DNA from: Aquificaceae bacterium
GTDB taxonomy: Bacteria > Aquificota > Aquificia > Aquificales > Aquificaceae
Assembly (NCBI GenBank): GCA_037925075.1
Contig: JAXSNR010000001.1
Location: forward strand, 608,001 to 672,000
Direction of reading: 5' to 3'
DNA length: 64,000 bases
This document shows, piece by piece, positions 10,353 to 20,927 of this stretch (position 1 is the stretch's first letter; each line of letters starts with the position of its first letter). Below the pieces are notes generated by a model, which made no database searches, was not told where the DNA came from, and was given only the letters and a program-made list of their open reading frames with translations. Position numbers and translations under genes: made by a program.

Positions 10353-12268
10353 GGCTTTCCTCCTAGATAACATACGGGCTGTGAGCCCTGCACTCTTACT
10401 TCTAAAATTTCCTTGCCCTCCGTATCGTAGAGGTGGGTTGAGCAGGCAAGGCATGGGTCAAAGGAATGTATGCCTCTGAGAACTTCAAGGGGCTTGTTAA
10501 CCACCTTTAGGGGTGTATCCTTCATACACTCTTCAAAGGCACCCTGACCACCCATCGGATCTCTTGCTCCTCCGTTCCATGTGGTTGGAACCACGCATTG
10601 ATAGTTGGCTATCTTTCCATCCCTTATTATTACCCAGTGCCCAAGGGCACCCCTTGGAGCCTCTGTAAGACCTACACCTTTAGCATCTTTGGGCCATGTG
10701 GAGGGATCCCACCTTTCCATGTTTGCCACGGAAGTGTCCCCCGCCTTTATGTTGTCGTAGAGTTTTTTCATAAAGTAGAGGTTTGCCGCCGCGCCTACTT
10801 GTGCCTCCAAGCCCCTTGCGGCCGTCCTTCCAACGGTTGTAGGAAGCCACACGTGGGGAGGAAGTTCAAGCACCTTTGACACAAGGTCTACCTGCCTTAC
10901 TATCATCTCATCCATCCAGCTGGGCTTTATGTGTCCCTGCTTTACACCCGTATAGACCAATATGTACCTTGCAAGAGGTCCTACCTCACAGGGCTTGCCC
11001 CTCCACCTTGGAGACTTAATCCAAGAGTATTTACCCTTCTCGTCAAGGTACTTCCAATGAGTCTTTGTTCCCTCCTTTGGACCCGTATAGCTGGGCTCTG
11101 TTATGCCTTCCCAAGGGTGTAGCCCCTTCTTTTCATCGGGATACTTGTACCATGAATGGGCTACATACTCCTGAATTACCTCTGGGTCTGCAAAGTCCTT
11201 GCCAACAAGGGGATAGTACTTAGCCTTATCCACACCCTCCGCAAAATCTTCCACCACGCCATTGGAGTGGTAAAGCACCTGCTTATGATAATCTCCGTTC
11301 TTTATTCCACTGTAGGGCTCGTCGGGAAACTCTCCATAGCCAATGACCCTTTTCTTGGCAAGGCCCCCACCGTAGGTTTGACCCTTTTGAACATAGATAT
11401 GCCCTATGGCCAAAAGGTCCACAAGGTAAAAGAGGTTTACCGCCTCCGCCTGGGTGTATATGGCGTCTTCCACCACCGCAAGCCTTTCCGCGTTTATGGG
11501 TGCGTTCATGTCATCAAGGGATATAGAGCACATCATACCACCCACAATGTAGTGGGGATGGGGGTTCTTACCACCAAAGACCACCTGAGGTATAAACAAT
11601 TCCCTTTGAACATCCAGCATATTCAGGTAATGGGCTACAGCCATAAGGTGTACCTCTGGGGGTAAAAGCTTGTAATCGGGATGGTCCCACCAATGGGCTG
11701 CAAAGATGCCAAGCTGACCGCTTTCCACAATCTTCTTTATCTTCTCCTGAAAGGCTCTAAAGTAGCCCGGTGTTGCCTTGGGAAACTTTCTTGGATAGGC
11801 TCTTCTTCCAAGAGGGTCTGGCATTAGCTCCGCAATGGCACCGTACTTTTCAAGGAGCTGGTTTTGGAGCACCGCAGTCTGCACCGGGTCAGCCTTTAGG
11901 GCTTCTACGGGAGATACCCAGTCAAGGGCATGAAGATGGTAAAAATGAACCACGTGGTCATGCACTTGGAGCGAACCATACATGATGTTCCTTATGTAGT
12001 TGGCATTTTTTGGTATCTTTATCTCAAGGGCGTCCTCTACCACTCTAACCGAGGCAAGGGCATGTATGGAGGTGCAAACTCCGCATATTCTTTGGGTAAA
12101 AGCCCATGCATCCCTTGGGTCTCTACCCCTTAGAATTAGCTCAATACCTCTCCACATGGTACCACAGGAAACCGCATCCACCACCTTACCGGACTTCTCA
12201 TCCACTATGAGCTCAATCCTCAAATGCCCTTCAATCCTTGTAACTGGGTCAACCACAACCCTAGTCAT
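10349..12268 (-). CDS. Membrane-bound [NiFe]-hydrogenase large subunit (group 1d)
   Basis: [24 protein letters not shown] plus a cleavable C-terminal extension. Confidence 0.95.
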   Translation of the reverse strand: MTRVVVDPVTRIEGHLRIELIVDEKSGKVVDAVSCGTMWRGIELILRGRDPRDAWAFTQRICGVCTSIHALASVRVVEDALEIKIPKNANYIRNIMYGSLQVHDHVVHFYHLHALDWVSPVEALKADPVQTAVLQNQLLEKYGAIAELMPDPLGRRAYPRKFPKATPGYFRAFQEKIKKIVESGQLGIFAAHWWDHPDYKLLPPEVHLMAVAHYLNMLDVQRELFIPQVVFGGKNPHPHYIVGGMMCSISLDDMNAPINAERLAVVEDAIYTQAEAVNLFYLVDLLAIGHIYVQKGQTYGGGLAKKRVIGYGEFPDEPYSGIKNGDYHKQVLYHSNGVVEDFAEGVDKAKYYPLVGKDFADPEVIQEYVAHSWYKYPDEKKGLHPWEGITEPSYTGPKEGTKTHWKYLDEKGKYSWIKSPRWRGKPCEVGPLARYILVYTGVKQGHIKPSWMDEMIVRQVDLVSKVLELPPHVWLPTTVGRTAARGLEAQVGAAANLYFMKKLYDNIKAGDTSVANMERWDPSTWPKDAKGVGLTEAPRGALGHWVIIRDGKIANYQCVVPTTWNGGARDPMGGQGAFEECMKDTPLKVVNKPLEVLRGIHSFDPCLACSTHLYDTEGKEILEVRVQGSQPVCYLGGKP

Positions 12269-13338
12269 GACTGTTCACCTCCTTTATTGTTAGGTTTTGA
12301 CCTAAGCTTTGATATAAGACCATGGGCTAAGGCACCGGCTCCTGCGGCAACCGCGACCGCCACGCCCACCTTGTCCGCATTTGCCTCCACACTGGGAACT
12401 GGTATGGTGGTGAGCCTTTGGTAGAAGGGTCCCTTGTCCCAGAAGTCCTCTTCGGAACAGCCTATGCATCCATGCCCAGCCTGTATGGGATAAGAAAGCC
12501 CGTTATACCAACGTATGTTTCCACAGGAGTTATAGGTGGTTGGACCTCTGCAACCTACTTTATATAAGCACCAGCCCTTCTTTGCACCCTCATCGTCAAA
12601 CCTCTCCACAAACTGCCCCGCGTTGAAAAAGGCCCTCCTGTAGCATGTGTCGTGGATCCTGTTGCCATAAAACTGCTTTGGCCTTCCTTGAGAGTCTAAG
12701 GGTGGTATGCTATCAAACAGGACAAGATGCATGATAACACCCGTCATGACCTCCGCTATGGGTGGACAGCCAGGGACTTTTATGATGGGCTTGTCCTTTA
12801 TAACCTTATCTATAGAAACCGCGGTGGTTGGGTTTGGCTTTGCCGCTTGCACACATCCCCAGCTGGCACAGGAGCCCCAAGCTATAACCGCCTTTGCACC
12901 CTCCGCAGATTCCTTAAGGTGCTTTAGGAAAGGCTCACCGTTAACTATACAGTACATGCCATCTTCACCAAGGGGTGGGTTTCCTTCCACGGCTAAGATG
13001 TAATTGCCCCAGTATTTTTTGATTATCTCCTGCCTGTGCCTTTCCAAGTCATCTCCTGCGGCGGCTGAAAGGGTATCATCGTATTCAAGGGAGATCATAC
13101 TGAGAACCACATCGGAAGCCAGAGGAGTTGCAGACCTTATAAAGGACTCGGAACAGCATGTGCACTCAAGCCCGTGTATCCAGATAACGGGAACCCTCGG
13201 CTTTGTCTCCAAGGCTCTTACCACCTGTGGGATCATGGAGGGAGAAAGACCCATAAGCCCAGTTATGGTGGTGGCAAACTTCAAAAAGTCCCTCCTGTTT
13301 ACACCATGCCGTTTAAAGGTCTCCCAGAAGGTTTCCAT
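12265..13338 (-). CDS. Membrane-bound [NiFe]-hydrogenase small subunit, O2-tolerant [4Fe-3S] type
   Basis: Tat leader RRDFLK, CTCCSES and SCASWGC (supernumerary Cys), C-terminal TM anchor with His. Confidence 0.95.
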   Translation of the reverse strand: METFWETFKRHGVNRRDFLKFATTITGLMGLSPSMIPQVVRALETKPRVPVIWIHGLECTCCSESFIRSATPLASDVVLSMISLEYDDTLSAAAGDDLERHRQEIIKKYWGNYILAVEGNPPLGEDGMYCIVNGEPFLKHLKESAEGAKAVIAWGSCASWGCVQAAKPNPTTAVSIDKVIKDKPIIKVPGCPPIAEVMTGVIMHLVLFDSIPPLDSQGRPKQFYGNRIHDTCYRRAFFNAGQFVERFDDEGAKKGWCLYKVGCRGPTTYNSCGNIRWYNGLSYPIQAGHGCIGCSEEDFWDKGPFYQRLTTIPVPSVEANADKVGVAVAVAAGAGALAHGLISKLRSKPNNKGGEQS

Positions 13339-13353
13339 GTCTTACCTCCTAAC

Positions 13354-13367
13354 TGAATATTCATTCA
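13354..13367. promoter_or_regulatory. Palindromic operator TGAAT-N4-ATTCA upstream of the group-1 hydrogenase operon
   Basis: tgaatattcattca between the minus-strand TTGACA-N17-TATCAT promoter and the RBS. Confidence 0.7.
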
Positions 13368-13514
13368 ATATGATATTTCTTAGAGGTTTGTATGTCAAGG
13401 AATAAGTTTTTATAGGTGTTATAAGGAGAATTTATACTTATTATCTTTTCACAAAAAGTATTACTCCTTGAAGGAGGTTGACACATTCACGCGGAGGGAT
13501 ATAATTAATTTCAA

Positions 13515-13528
13515 TGAATAATCATTCA
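13515..13528. promoter_or_regulatory. Palindromic operator TGAAT-N4-ATTCA upstream of hypC
   Basis: tgaataatcattca just downstream of TTGACA-N16-TATAAT and abutting the RBS. Confidence 0.7.
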
Positions 13529-13538
13529 GGAGATTGTC

Positions 13539-13766
13539 ATGTGTCTGTCTGTCCCCTCAAAGGTCGTTGAGATTAGGCAGGACAATACCGCGGTGGTTGA
13601 AGCCTTTGGAGCCAAAAGGGTGGTATCCCTTGATTTGCTTGAAGAAGAGGTTTTTGTAGGTGATTGGGTTTTGGTCCATGTGGGCTTTGCCCTTCAAAAG
13701 ATCGATGAAGATTACGCCCTGGAAAGCCTAAAGCTCTTTGAAGAAATACTACAAGAGGAAATATGA
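13539..13766 (+). CDS. hypC: Hydrogenase assembly chaperone HypC
   Basis: MCLSVP start, VLVHVGFA. Confidence 0.95.
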   Translation: MCLSVPSKVVEIRQDNTAVVEAFGAKRVVSLDLLEEEVFVGDWVLVHVGFALQKIDEDYALESLKLFEEILQEEI

Positions 13767-14884
13767 ACCTTACAGAAGTATACAGAAACTCTGAGGCTAT
13801 AAGAAGGCTTGAGCTTGTCATAAAATCCTTGGTGGAAAAAATAGGTAGGGAATTAAGAATTATGGAATTCTGCGGTGGACATACCCATGCCATTGTAAAG
13901 CATGGTATAGATCAGCTTCTTGAGGGCTATGTGCGGTTTGTTCATGGTCCTGGTTGTCCCGTTTGCGTTTTGCCCATGGGAAGGGTAGACCTTGCCCTTG
14001 AATTGGTAAGGAGGGAGGAAATAATACTTTGCACCTATGGGGATGTGCTTAGGGTTCCGGGTTCCCAACGGAAAAGCCTCCTTGACCTGAGGGCTGAAGG
14101 AAAGGATGTAAGGATGGTTTATTCGTGCCTTGATGTTCTCAGGATAGCCCAAGAAAATCCCACAAAGGAGGTGGTTTTCTTTGCCATAGGCTTTGAAACA
14201 ACCACACCACAGACCGCATTGCTAATAAAGAAGGCCAAAGAGCTTGGCTTAAAAAATATTTCTGTGGTCTCAAACCATGTTATAACACCCGCCGCCATAC
14301 AGCATATACTCAACGCACCGGAAATTAGAGAGTACGGAAGGGTAGATATAGACGCCTTTATAGGACCAGGGCATGTGAGCGTCATAATAGGTACAAAGCC
14401 CTACGAATACTTTGCGGAGGAGTTTTTAAAGCCTGTTGTTATATCTGGGTTTGAGCCTTTGGATGTGATGCAAGCCGTGTATATGATAGTTAAGCAGGTC
14501 AGAGAAAAGAGGGCAAGGGTTGAAAACCAATACGCAAGGGTTGTAAGCAGAGAAGGGAACATAAAGGCTCAAAGGCTCGTGGCGGAAGTGTTTGAACTCA
14601 GGAAGGAGTTTGAATGGCGTGGTCTTGGAGTAGTCCCTTACAGCTCTTTGAAGATAAACTCAGAATTTTCGGACTTCGACGCGGAAAGAAGATTTTCCCT
14701 TAGCCTTCCACAGTCAAAGGAGCATCCCGCATGCATATGTGGTAAGGTGATAAGAGGCGTTGCAGAGCCAATGGAGTGTAAGCTCTTTGGAAATGTTTGC
14801 ACACCCTCAAACCCCATAGGCTCCTGCATGGTTTCCTCCGAAGGAGCTTGTAATGCCTATTACAGATACAGGTGGCACGGATGA
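13763..14884 (+). CDS. hypD: Hydrogenase formation protein HypD
   Basis: CGGHTH, GPGCPVC, GFETT, PGHVS, CMVSSEGAC. Confidence 0.97.
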   Translation: MNLTEVYRNSEAIRRLELVIKSLVEKIGRELRIMEFCGGHTHAIVKHGIDQLLEGYVRFVHGPGCPVCVLPMGRVDLALELVRREEIILCTYGDVLRVPGSQRKSLLDLRAEGKDVRMVYSCLDVLRIAQENPTKEVVFFAIGFETTTPQTALLIKKAKELGLKNISVVSNHVITPAAIQHILNAPEIREYGRVDIDAFIGPGHVSVIIGTKPYEYFAEEFLKPVVISGFEPLDVMQAVYMIVKQVREKRARVENQYARVVSREGNIKAQRLVAEVFELRKEFEWRGLGVVPYSSLKINSEFSDFDAERRFSLSLPQSKEHPACICGKVIRGVAEPMECKLFGNVCTPSNPIGSCMVSSEGACNAYYRYRWHG

Positions 14885-16578
14885 GGGTACTTATTTTTTG
14901 CCACAGGTTCAACTCCCTTTCTCAAAGGTTTTACTGTGAGCTTTCTGAGGCAGGGCATGAGGTTTCCGTAGAGCTTGATGTACATCCAGAGCTGATGATT
15001 GAGGCGGTTGAGCTTTACAAGCCTGACCTTGTGATAGCACCCTTTTTGAAAAGGAAGATACCAAGGGAAGTATGGGAAAGGTACACCACCCTTATAGTCC
15101 ATCCGGGACCTCCGGGAGACAGGGGTCCCAATGCTTTAGATTGGGCTATTCTAAAGGGAGAAAAGGAATGGGGTGTGTGTATTCTTTCTGCGGTTGAAGA
15201 GTACGACGCGGGGGATGTATGGGCTTATAGGACCTTTCCTATGAGAATAGCAAAAAAGTCAAGCATATACAGAAGAGAGGTCACGGAAGGGGCGGTTGAA
15301 GGCCTGTGGGAGGTAGTAGAAGGCCTTGAGAGTGGAAAGGTAAAGACAAGGCCACAGGAGGGTGGGCAGTTCAGACCTGCGGTGGAAAAAAGCCTAAGGA
15401 GGATAGATTGGGAAAGGGACAGAACAGAAGAGGTATTGAGGAAGATATACTCGGGGGATGGCCAGCCCGGTGCCACAGCCCTTATAGAAGGTGAGGAGTA
15501 CTACCTTTTTGACACATACCCTGAGGGTGTTCTTAGAGGAGAGGCTGGCAAGCTAATAGCAAGAAGGGATGAAGCTGTTTGTATTGGCACCCTTGATGGA
15601 GCTGTGTGGGTAAGCTATATGAGAAGGAGAGAAAGGCATGCTATAAAGCTTCCTGCACTTAGGTGCCTTCCCCAAAGCTTGGTGGAAGGGCTAAGGGAAG
15701 AAGAGATAAAGCCTTGGGAAAAGGTGGATTTTCCCACTTACAGGGAGATAGTTTATACGGAAGAAGAAGGAATAGCATACATAGAGTTTAACTTCTACAA
15801 CGGGGCCATGTCCACAGAACAGTGCAAAAGGCTTTTGGAGGTCATAAGGTATGCAAAGGGAAGACCAATAAAAGCTATAGTTCTTCTTGGTGGTGAGGAC
15901 TTTTTCTCCAATGGCATGAACCTTAACACCATAGAGGCTTCCGAAAGCCCTGCGGATGAATCGTGGAGAAACATAAACGCCATGGATGACCTCTGTGAAG
16001 AGATACTCACAACCCTTGATAAGCTCACTGTAGCTGGTATAAGGGGAAACGCTGGAGCTGGCGGTGTTTTCCTTGCCCTCACATGCGACCTTGTTTTTGC
16101 AAGGAAAGGGGTTGTGTTAAACCCTCACTATAAAAACATAGGAAACCTATACGGCTCTGAGTTTTGGACTTACACACTTCCCAAAAGGGTTGGCTGGGAA
16201 AAGGGAAGGCAAGTGATGGAAAACAGAATGCCCATAAGCTCTGAAAAAGCCATGAAAATCGGGCTTATTGACCATGTGTTTGGCAGGACTCCGGAGGAGT
16301 TTACCCATAAGCTAAAGGAGTACCTTAGGGATTTTGTAAGCTCAAAGGGTTTTGATGAGTTTTTAAAAAGGAAAAGGGATGAAAGACTAAGAGAATGGAA
16401 GGAAAAGCCACTTAGAGCATACAGGGAAGAAGAGCTTGAGATGATGAGGCTTAACTTCTACGGCTTTGACACCAGCTATCACATAGCTAGGTATTACTTT
16501 GTTAAAAGGTTCCTTCCCTTTAGGACACCACCCTACCTTGCACTGCATAGAAGACTAAGCTTTCAGAGCCCTCCATAG
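14881..16578 (+). CDS. hoxX: Hydrogenase maturation protein HoxX/HypX (aerobic CO-ligand synthesis)
   Basis: N-terminal formyltransferase (HPGPPGDRGP..LDW) plus enoyl-CoA hydratase-like domain (YGSEFWTY); ATG overlaps the hypD stop. Confidence 0.93.
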   Translation: MRVLIFCHRFNSLSQRFYCELSEAGHEVSVELDVHPELMIEAVELYKPDLVIAPFLKRKIPREVWERYTTLIVHPGPPGDRGPNALDWAILKGEKEWGVCILSAVEEYDAGDVWAYRTFPMRIAKKSSIYRREVTEGAVEGLWEVVEGLESGKVKTRPQEGGQFRPAVEKSLRRIDWERDRTEEVLRKIYSGDGQPGATALIEGEEYYLFDTYPEGVLRGEAGKLIARRDEAVCIGTLDGAVWVSYMRRRERHAIKLPALRCLPQSLVEGLREEEIKPWEKVDFPTYREIVYTEEEGIAYIEFNFYNGAMSTEQCKRLLEVIRYAKGRPIKAIVLLGGEDFFSNGMNLNTIEASESPADESWRNINAMDDLCEEILTTLDKLTVAGIRGNAGAGGVFLALTCDLVFARKGVVLNPHYKNIGNLYGSEFWTYTLPKRVGWEKGRQVMENRMPISSEKAMKIGLIDHVFGRTPEEFTHKLKEYLRDFVSSKGFDEFLKRKRDERLREWKEKPLRAYREEELEMMRLNFYGFDTSYHIARYYFVKRFLPFRTPPYLALHRRLSFQSPP

Positions 16579-17148
16579 GTTCTCTGAAACTTCCTCCACA
16601 TATTCCATAAGTGGTTTGTCAAGAAGACCCTCCGTATGCAGAAAAACCATACCGCCAAGGGGTCCCATTATGGTGGTAAAGGCGGGATAAAAACTCTGAT
16701 TTCTAAGCTCGCCCTTTTCCACCCCATCACTGAGAAGGACCATAACCTCCGTTATAACGCTTGACACGCAAGCAAAACCTTCACATCCATCCTCAAATAT
16801 CTCCCTATTTACAAGAAATACCCTTAGAAAGTAGTTTATAAGCTCTGGCTCCTCAAGGGCTATCTCAAAAAAGCTCTTAACAAAAAGCCTTATCTTTTCC
16901 TTAAAACTTACTTCCATCTCATTTATCTTCCTGAGCCTTTCGCCTACCCAATCGGACACGGTCATCATAATTTCCTTTGCCAGCTCCTCCTTAGACTCAA
17001 AGTAATTGTACAGGTTTCCCACGCTCATACCTACCGCTTGGGCTATGTCTGGCATTGTGGTGTTGTAATAACCCCTTTCCGAAAAGAGCCTACAGGCGGA
17101 CCTTATTATTTCAAGCCTCTTTTTCTCCTTTAGGCTTTGTCTCCTCAT
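16555..17148 (-). CDS. TetR/AcrR family transcriptional regulator
   Basis: N-terminal HTH (TTMPDIAQAVGMSVGNLYNYFESKEEL). Confidence 0.92.
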   Translation of the reverse strand: MRRQSLKEKKRLEIIRSACRLFSERGYYNTTMPDIAQAVGMSVGNLYNYFESKEELAKEIMMTVSDWVGERLRKINEMEVSFKEKIRLFVKSFFEIALEEPELINYFLRVFLVNREIFEDGCEGFACVSSVITEVMVLLSDGVEKGELRNQSFYPAFTTIMGPLGGMVFLHTEGLLDKPLMEYVEEVSENLWRALKA

Positions 17149-17170
17149 TTAATAAAATCTTAACAAACAC

Positions 17171-17605
17171 CTAAAGCTCAGGAAGAGAAATTTTGCTAAG
17201 TTTTGAAAGCTTTACTCCCCTTAAGCCTCCTATACTGTTTGTAAGGGTTTGAAGCTCCTCAGCCATACCTTTAAGGATTATCACCTCAAGGCAGTTATGA
17301 TGGTCAATATGCACATGGGTGGAGCATAGCACATTCACTTGGTGTTTGTGCTGAAGGTCAAGAAGCCTATAAACCAGTTCTTTGTCATGATGGTCGTATA
17401 TTAGGCTAAGAACTCCTATAACTTCTTTGTTTTCTTCCCATCTTTCCTGAGATAACAGGTCTCTTATAAGGTCTCTAACAAGCTCAGAGCGAGAAGAATA
17501 GCCCTTTTTTATCACTCTGCTATCAAGCTCTTCAAGAAGCCCTTCGGGAAGAGAGACACAGAAACGAACCGTTTTCTCCATTTTTGAAATTTTATCAAAA
17601 GCCAT
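17171..17605 (-). CDS. nikR: Nickel-responsive regulator NikR
   Basis: RHH domain ([14 protein letters not shown]) plus [15 protein letters not shown]. Confidence 0.95.
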   Translation of the reverse strand: MAFDKISKMEKTVRFCVSLPEGLLEELDSRVIKKGYSSRSELVRDLIRDLLSQERWEENKEVIGVLSLIYDHHDKELVYRLLDLQHKHQVNVLCSTHVHIDHHNCLEVIILKGMAEELQTLTNSIGGLRGVKLSKLSKISLPEL

Positions 17606-18365
17606 GAAGGTGCCAATCGCCAGTGCTTCTGTGTTTGTGCATGTGCAAAAGCCCAGCCTTCATTAAATTTTCCTTGTTTTTGAAAAATTCCTCAACCTCT
17701 CCATCATAAACCACTTCATGGTCTTCTCCCAAAACTACAAGCCTATTACCCAACTCACCCACAAGGCTCAAGTTGTGCGTTGAAGTTATGATGGTGCAAG
17801 GAAGCTCCCAAAGAAGGTCCACAAACCAGCCCGTTGTTTTAGGGTCAAGGTGTGCGGTGGGCTCGTCAAGGAGGAGGACTTTGGGCTCAAGCACAAGAAG
17901 ACAGGCAAGGCAAAGCTTTTGCTTTTGACCAGTGCTTAGTTCAAAGGGAGGCCTTTTTAGCTCCTTTGTAAGCCCAAACCTATCAGCCCAGTAGAGTACC
18001 TTCTCTTTTATCTTATCCTCATCCAGCCTAAGCTGTCTTAGGGAAAAGGCAATCTCATCGTACACAGTGGGGTTAAAAAGCATCACCTCTGGGTTCTGAA
18101 AGAGAAGGACCACCTCTTTTCTAAAGCTTCTTTTAAATTCCTTGTCTTTAAAAGCCTTCTCTTCTATCCTCTTGCCAAAGTAGAAATATTCACCCCTTTG
18201 AGGGAAGATAAGGGCGTTCAGAAGCTTTAAGAGGGTGCTTTTGCCAGAGCCGTTTATACCAAGCAGAACAGCCCTTTCTCCCTCCTTTATTCTCAGGTTT
18301 ATATCCCTAAGGGCAAGCCTGTCCTCATAATAAAAGTAGATACCCCTTAGCTCAATCAAGCTCAA
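17595..18365 (-). CDS. ECF transporter ATPase (NikO/CbiO)
   Basis: [20 protein letters not shown], His-rich tail. Confidence 0.9.
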   Translation of the reverse strand: MSLIELRGIYFYYEDRLALRDINLRIKEGERAVLLGINGSGKSTLLKLLNALIFPQRGEYFYFGKRIEEKAFKDKEFKRSFRKEVVLLFQNPEVMLFNPTVYDEIAFSLRQLRLDEDKIKEKVLYWADRFGLTKELKRPPFELSTGQKQKLCLACLLVLEPKVLLLDEPTAHLDPKTTGWFVDLLWELPCTIITSTHNLSLVGELGNRLVVLGEDHEVVYDGEVEEFFKNKENLMKAGLLHMHKHRSTGDWHLHGF

Positions 18366-18897
18366 ACCCCCTTGATTTCATGGCTTTTGTTATCTCCTCA
18401 GAGTCCCTGAGGGACTTATCAAAAAAATAAACCCCTATACTACCAAAGAAGTTTATCACCTCCCTTCTTTTTGGACCCTCTGGACTTCTACTCTTTAGAG
18501 CTTCTTTAAACTCCCAAAAAACTTTCCTGTAGAGGAGTATGTGGCTGGAAGTGATAAGAAGAAGCTGTGAGAGGGTCCTTGAAAAGCCAAGTGCGGAATA
18601 AATGTTTATATGGCTCAAAGCCAAGAGGGTAAGAAGCATAAGGTCCACCATGCGTAAGGTGATAAAGGGTATATACAAGTGGTTTCCAGTCCAAAGACCG
18701 TAGGGTGTTGATATAAAAAGAGTCGTAAATAGGGCAAAAGTAAAAGGCTTGACCCTTTTTCTGAATCCCTTCCGCAGGACCAGTATGTTGGCAAAGAGCA
18801 GAAGAGAACAAACGAAGAACAAGTATTTTACCGAAGAAAGAGAGGACAAAAAGATAAGCCCAAGTGCGTAAAACACCAAAATAAACCTATCCTTCAA
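18352..18897 (-). CDS. ECF transporter T component (NikQ/CbiQ)
   Basis: Hydrophobic protein with AxKSR and AMKSRG coupling motifs. Confidence 0.82.
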   Translation of the reverse strand: MKDRFILVFYALGLIFLSSLSSVKYLFFVCSLLLFANILVLRKGFRKRVKPFTFALFTTLFISTPYGLWTGNHLYIPFITLRMVDLMLLTLLALSHINIYSALGFSRTLSQLLLITSSHILLYRKVFWEFKEALKSRSPEGPKRREVINFFGSIGVYFFDKSLRDSEEITKAMKSRGFELD

Positions 18898-19522
18898 AGC
18901 CCCTCCTCCTTACAAAGCCCACAACCGCCTGAGTTAAAAGCCCCTCTACAAGGGCAACCGGTAGGTGAAGGCTCAAGATAAAAGGAAGTGTAATCTTGAT
19001 GGGATAAGGAAAATAAAGAGCCCTGCCATTGGCATCTGTGAAAAGATAGGGATGTATGCCAAGGAGGATGGACATAAAAACCGCGGAGACCATAACGGAT
19101 AAAAAGCCAGAAAGGAAAAGGGAGTATCTTCTCCTTGCAAGGAGCATATAAACCCCATAGGCACAAAAGGGTCCAACAAAGCCCATCGCAAGGGCATTTA
19201 CCGAGTAGGTGGTTATCCCCCCATGACCCATCAACAGTGCCTGAAGCAAGAGAACAAGACACATGCACAGATAGGCAGTCCACGGACCAAAGAGAACAGA
19301 AAGTGGTGCAAAACCCATTCCATGCACCGATGTGCCACCGGGGATGGGTATAGAAAGGGAGCTGAGAACAAAGGCAAAGGCGGAGAGTGTTGCCAAATAG
19401 GGAATGCTTCTTTCATTGAGACCTTCTTTGAACCTTTTAAAGCCATAGAGTGCAAGCCCTACGACGAGCGCATACGCCGGCACAAAAATCTGCGGTGCGA
19501 TAAAACCATCTGGGATATGCAT
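18887..19522 (-). CDS. ECF transporter S component (NikM/CbiM)
   Basis: N-terminal MHIPDG, GTSVH, GHGG. Confidence 0.92.
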   Translation of the reverse strand: MHIPDGFIAPQIFVPAYALVVGLALYGFKRFKEGLNERSIPYLATLSAFAFVLSSLSIPIPGGTSVHGMGFAPLSVLFGPWTAYLCMCLVLLLQALLMGHGGITTYSVNALAMGFVGPFCAYGVYMLLARRRYSLFLSGFLSVMVSAVFMSILLGIHPYLFTDANGRALYFPYPIKITLPFILSLHLPVALVEGLLTQAVVGFVRRRGFEG

Positions 19523-19524
19523 GG

Positions 19525-20529
19525 CTAAAAGATAAGGGAAAGGGTCATGATGAACCTGTATTTTTCCTTGCCTTCGGAACCTTGCTGTTGGCTTTGGTTG
19601 TTAAGGTCCTTCCAGAAGGGAAGCTTTAATCCAGCACCAAGGGAAGCCCTCTTGTAGTACAGCCTTCCACCGAGAACTCCGTAGATTATGTGGCCTCCAG
19701 AGTCCTCCACCTTAAGCCCATTCTCTTTGTCCTTTTGAAGGTGAAGGTAGTTTAGCTCTGTAAGAAGGTCAAACCTCAAGGACCTATCCGCATCTTTGAA
19801 GGCTCTGTAGGCAAGGGCTGTGTTGATCCTTAGCTCGTCTCCGAACTTATACTTGCCTCCTGTGTTGTATTTATGCTCAAAGAATTTTAGGTAGCTTGTG
19901 TCAAAGATAAAGGTAAGGTGGGGAAAGTCTATAAACTGCTTTGTGGCGGTAAAGCCTGCGGTCAGTGTGGGCTTTCCATAGCCCAGAGCCATATCTGGAG
20001 CAAACTCACCCATGTAGCCCCTTTTGTTTGCATCACCAGTAGGAAGGCTAACACCCCCATACAGGGTAAAATGCCAGTCCATCATATCCTCAAGGCTCTC
20101 CCTTCTTGGAAGGAGCTTAAAGCCTCTGTCGTACTTAAAGCCTAAAACGGCCATAAAAGAAGGGTCCGCAAAGCCACGACTGACAAAGCTCTTCTCACCA
20201 CCCTCCCTTAATTCTTTTTTTACATTGTACGGAAGGAACACGTAAAAAGATAGCCATGGCTTTAGGCCATATCCCACTCCAAAGATCCAAAAGTCCGACC
20301 TGTCCTTCTGGTCTGGAAAGTCCGTAAAGTTGTACTTTTTCCATCTGACGCTGTCCCACTTTGTATAAAAAAGCCACGAGCCTTCTGGTAGTGTGGCGGA
20401 GCTTGAGCTTTCTAAGGGTGCGCCTGGTCCCTCAAGGCCAATAGCACCAAGAGAAGCGACTCCATGATGGGCAAGGGCTAAGCCCGAGAAAGTTATCAAG
20501 GCAAAGGTAAGCCTTTTCATCTTTTCCAC
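19525..20529 (-). CDS. Putative outer-membrane beta-barrel channel associated with nickel uptake
   Basis: Signal peptide then HHG, amphipathic beta-strands, terminal Phe; inside the nik operon. Confidence 0.65.
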   Translation of the reverse strand: MEKMKRLTFALITFSGLALAHHGVASLGAIGLEGPGAPLESSSSATLPEGSWLFYTKWDSVRWKKYNFTDFPDQKDRSDFWIFGVGYGLKPWLSFYVFLPYNVKKELREGGEKSFVSRGFADPSFMAVLGFKYDRGFKLLPRRESLEDMMDWHFTLYGGVSLPTGDANKRGYMGEFAPDMALGYGKPTLTAGFTATKQFIDFPHLTFIFDTSYLKFFEHKYNTGGKYKFGDELRINTALAYRAFKDADRSLRFDLLTELNYLHLQKDKENGLKVEDSGGHIIYGVLGGRLYYKRASLGAGLKLPFWKDLNNQSQQQGSEGKEKYRFIMTLSLIF

Positions 20530-20927
20530 CTCCTTAGGACCAAGCTTACAAAGCCGAAGATGCCAAGAAGATAGCCAAGACCCGAAAGAACCCTTTTGTA
20601 GCTCTCAAAAGGGCTATGCCTTTGCTCCACTTTGCCAGCCTTTAGGTTCATGCTTATTTCCGCACCATGCCCGTCCTGAGAGCTTATCCTAAAAAGCCAC
20701 AGGCCATCTCTATCAGGGCAGAAGACAACCCTACCAAGGGCATCGCTTCTTCCCTTTTGAAAGGGAACCCCTTCCCCTTCTCTGTAAATTTCATACTCCT
20801 CATAAGAAAAGGCTTTCCCATCCTGAAAGTAAAAACGCACAAGGATGCAGTTGCCCTCCCGATGGACCTCTCTTAAAAGCTCATGAGAAAAGGAGAGAGA
20901 AACAAGAAAAAACAATATCAGGCTCAT
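20517..20927 (-). CDS. NikL-like accessory nickel transport protein
   Basis: Signal peptide then His, FQKGRSDALGRVVF..P, DGHG, C-terminal TM. Confidence 0.72.
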   Translation of the reverse strand: MSLILFFLVSLSFSHELLREVHREGNCILVRFYFQDGKAFSYEEYEIYREGEGVPFQKGRSDALGRVVFCPDRDGLWLFRISSQDGHGAEISMNLKAGKVEQRHSPFESYKRVLSGLGYLLGIFGFVSLVLRRWKR

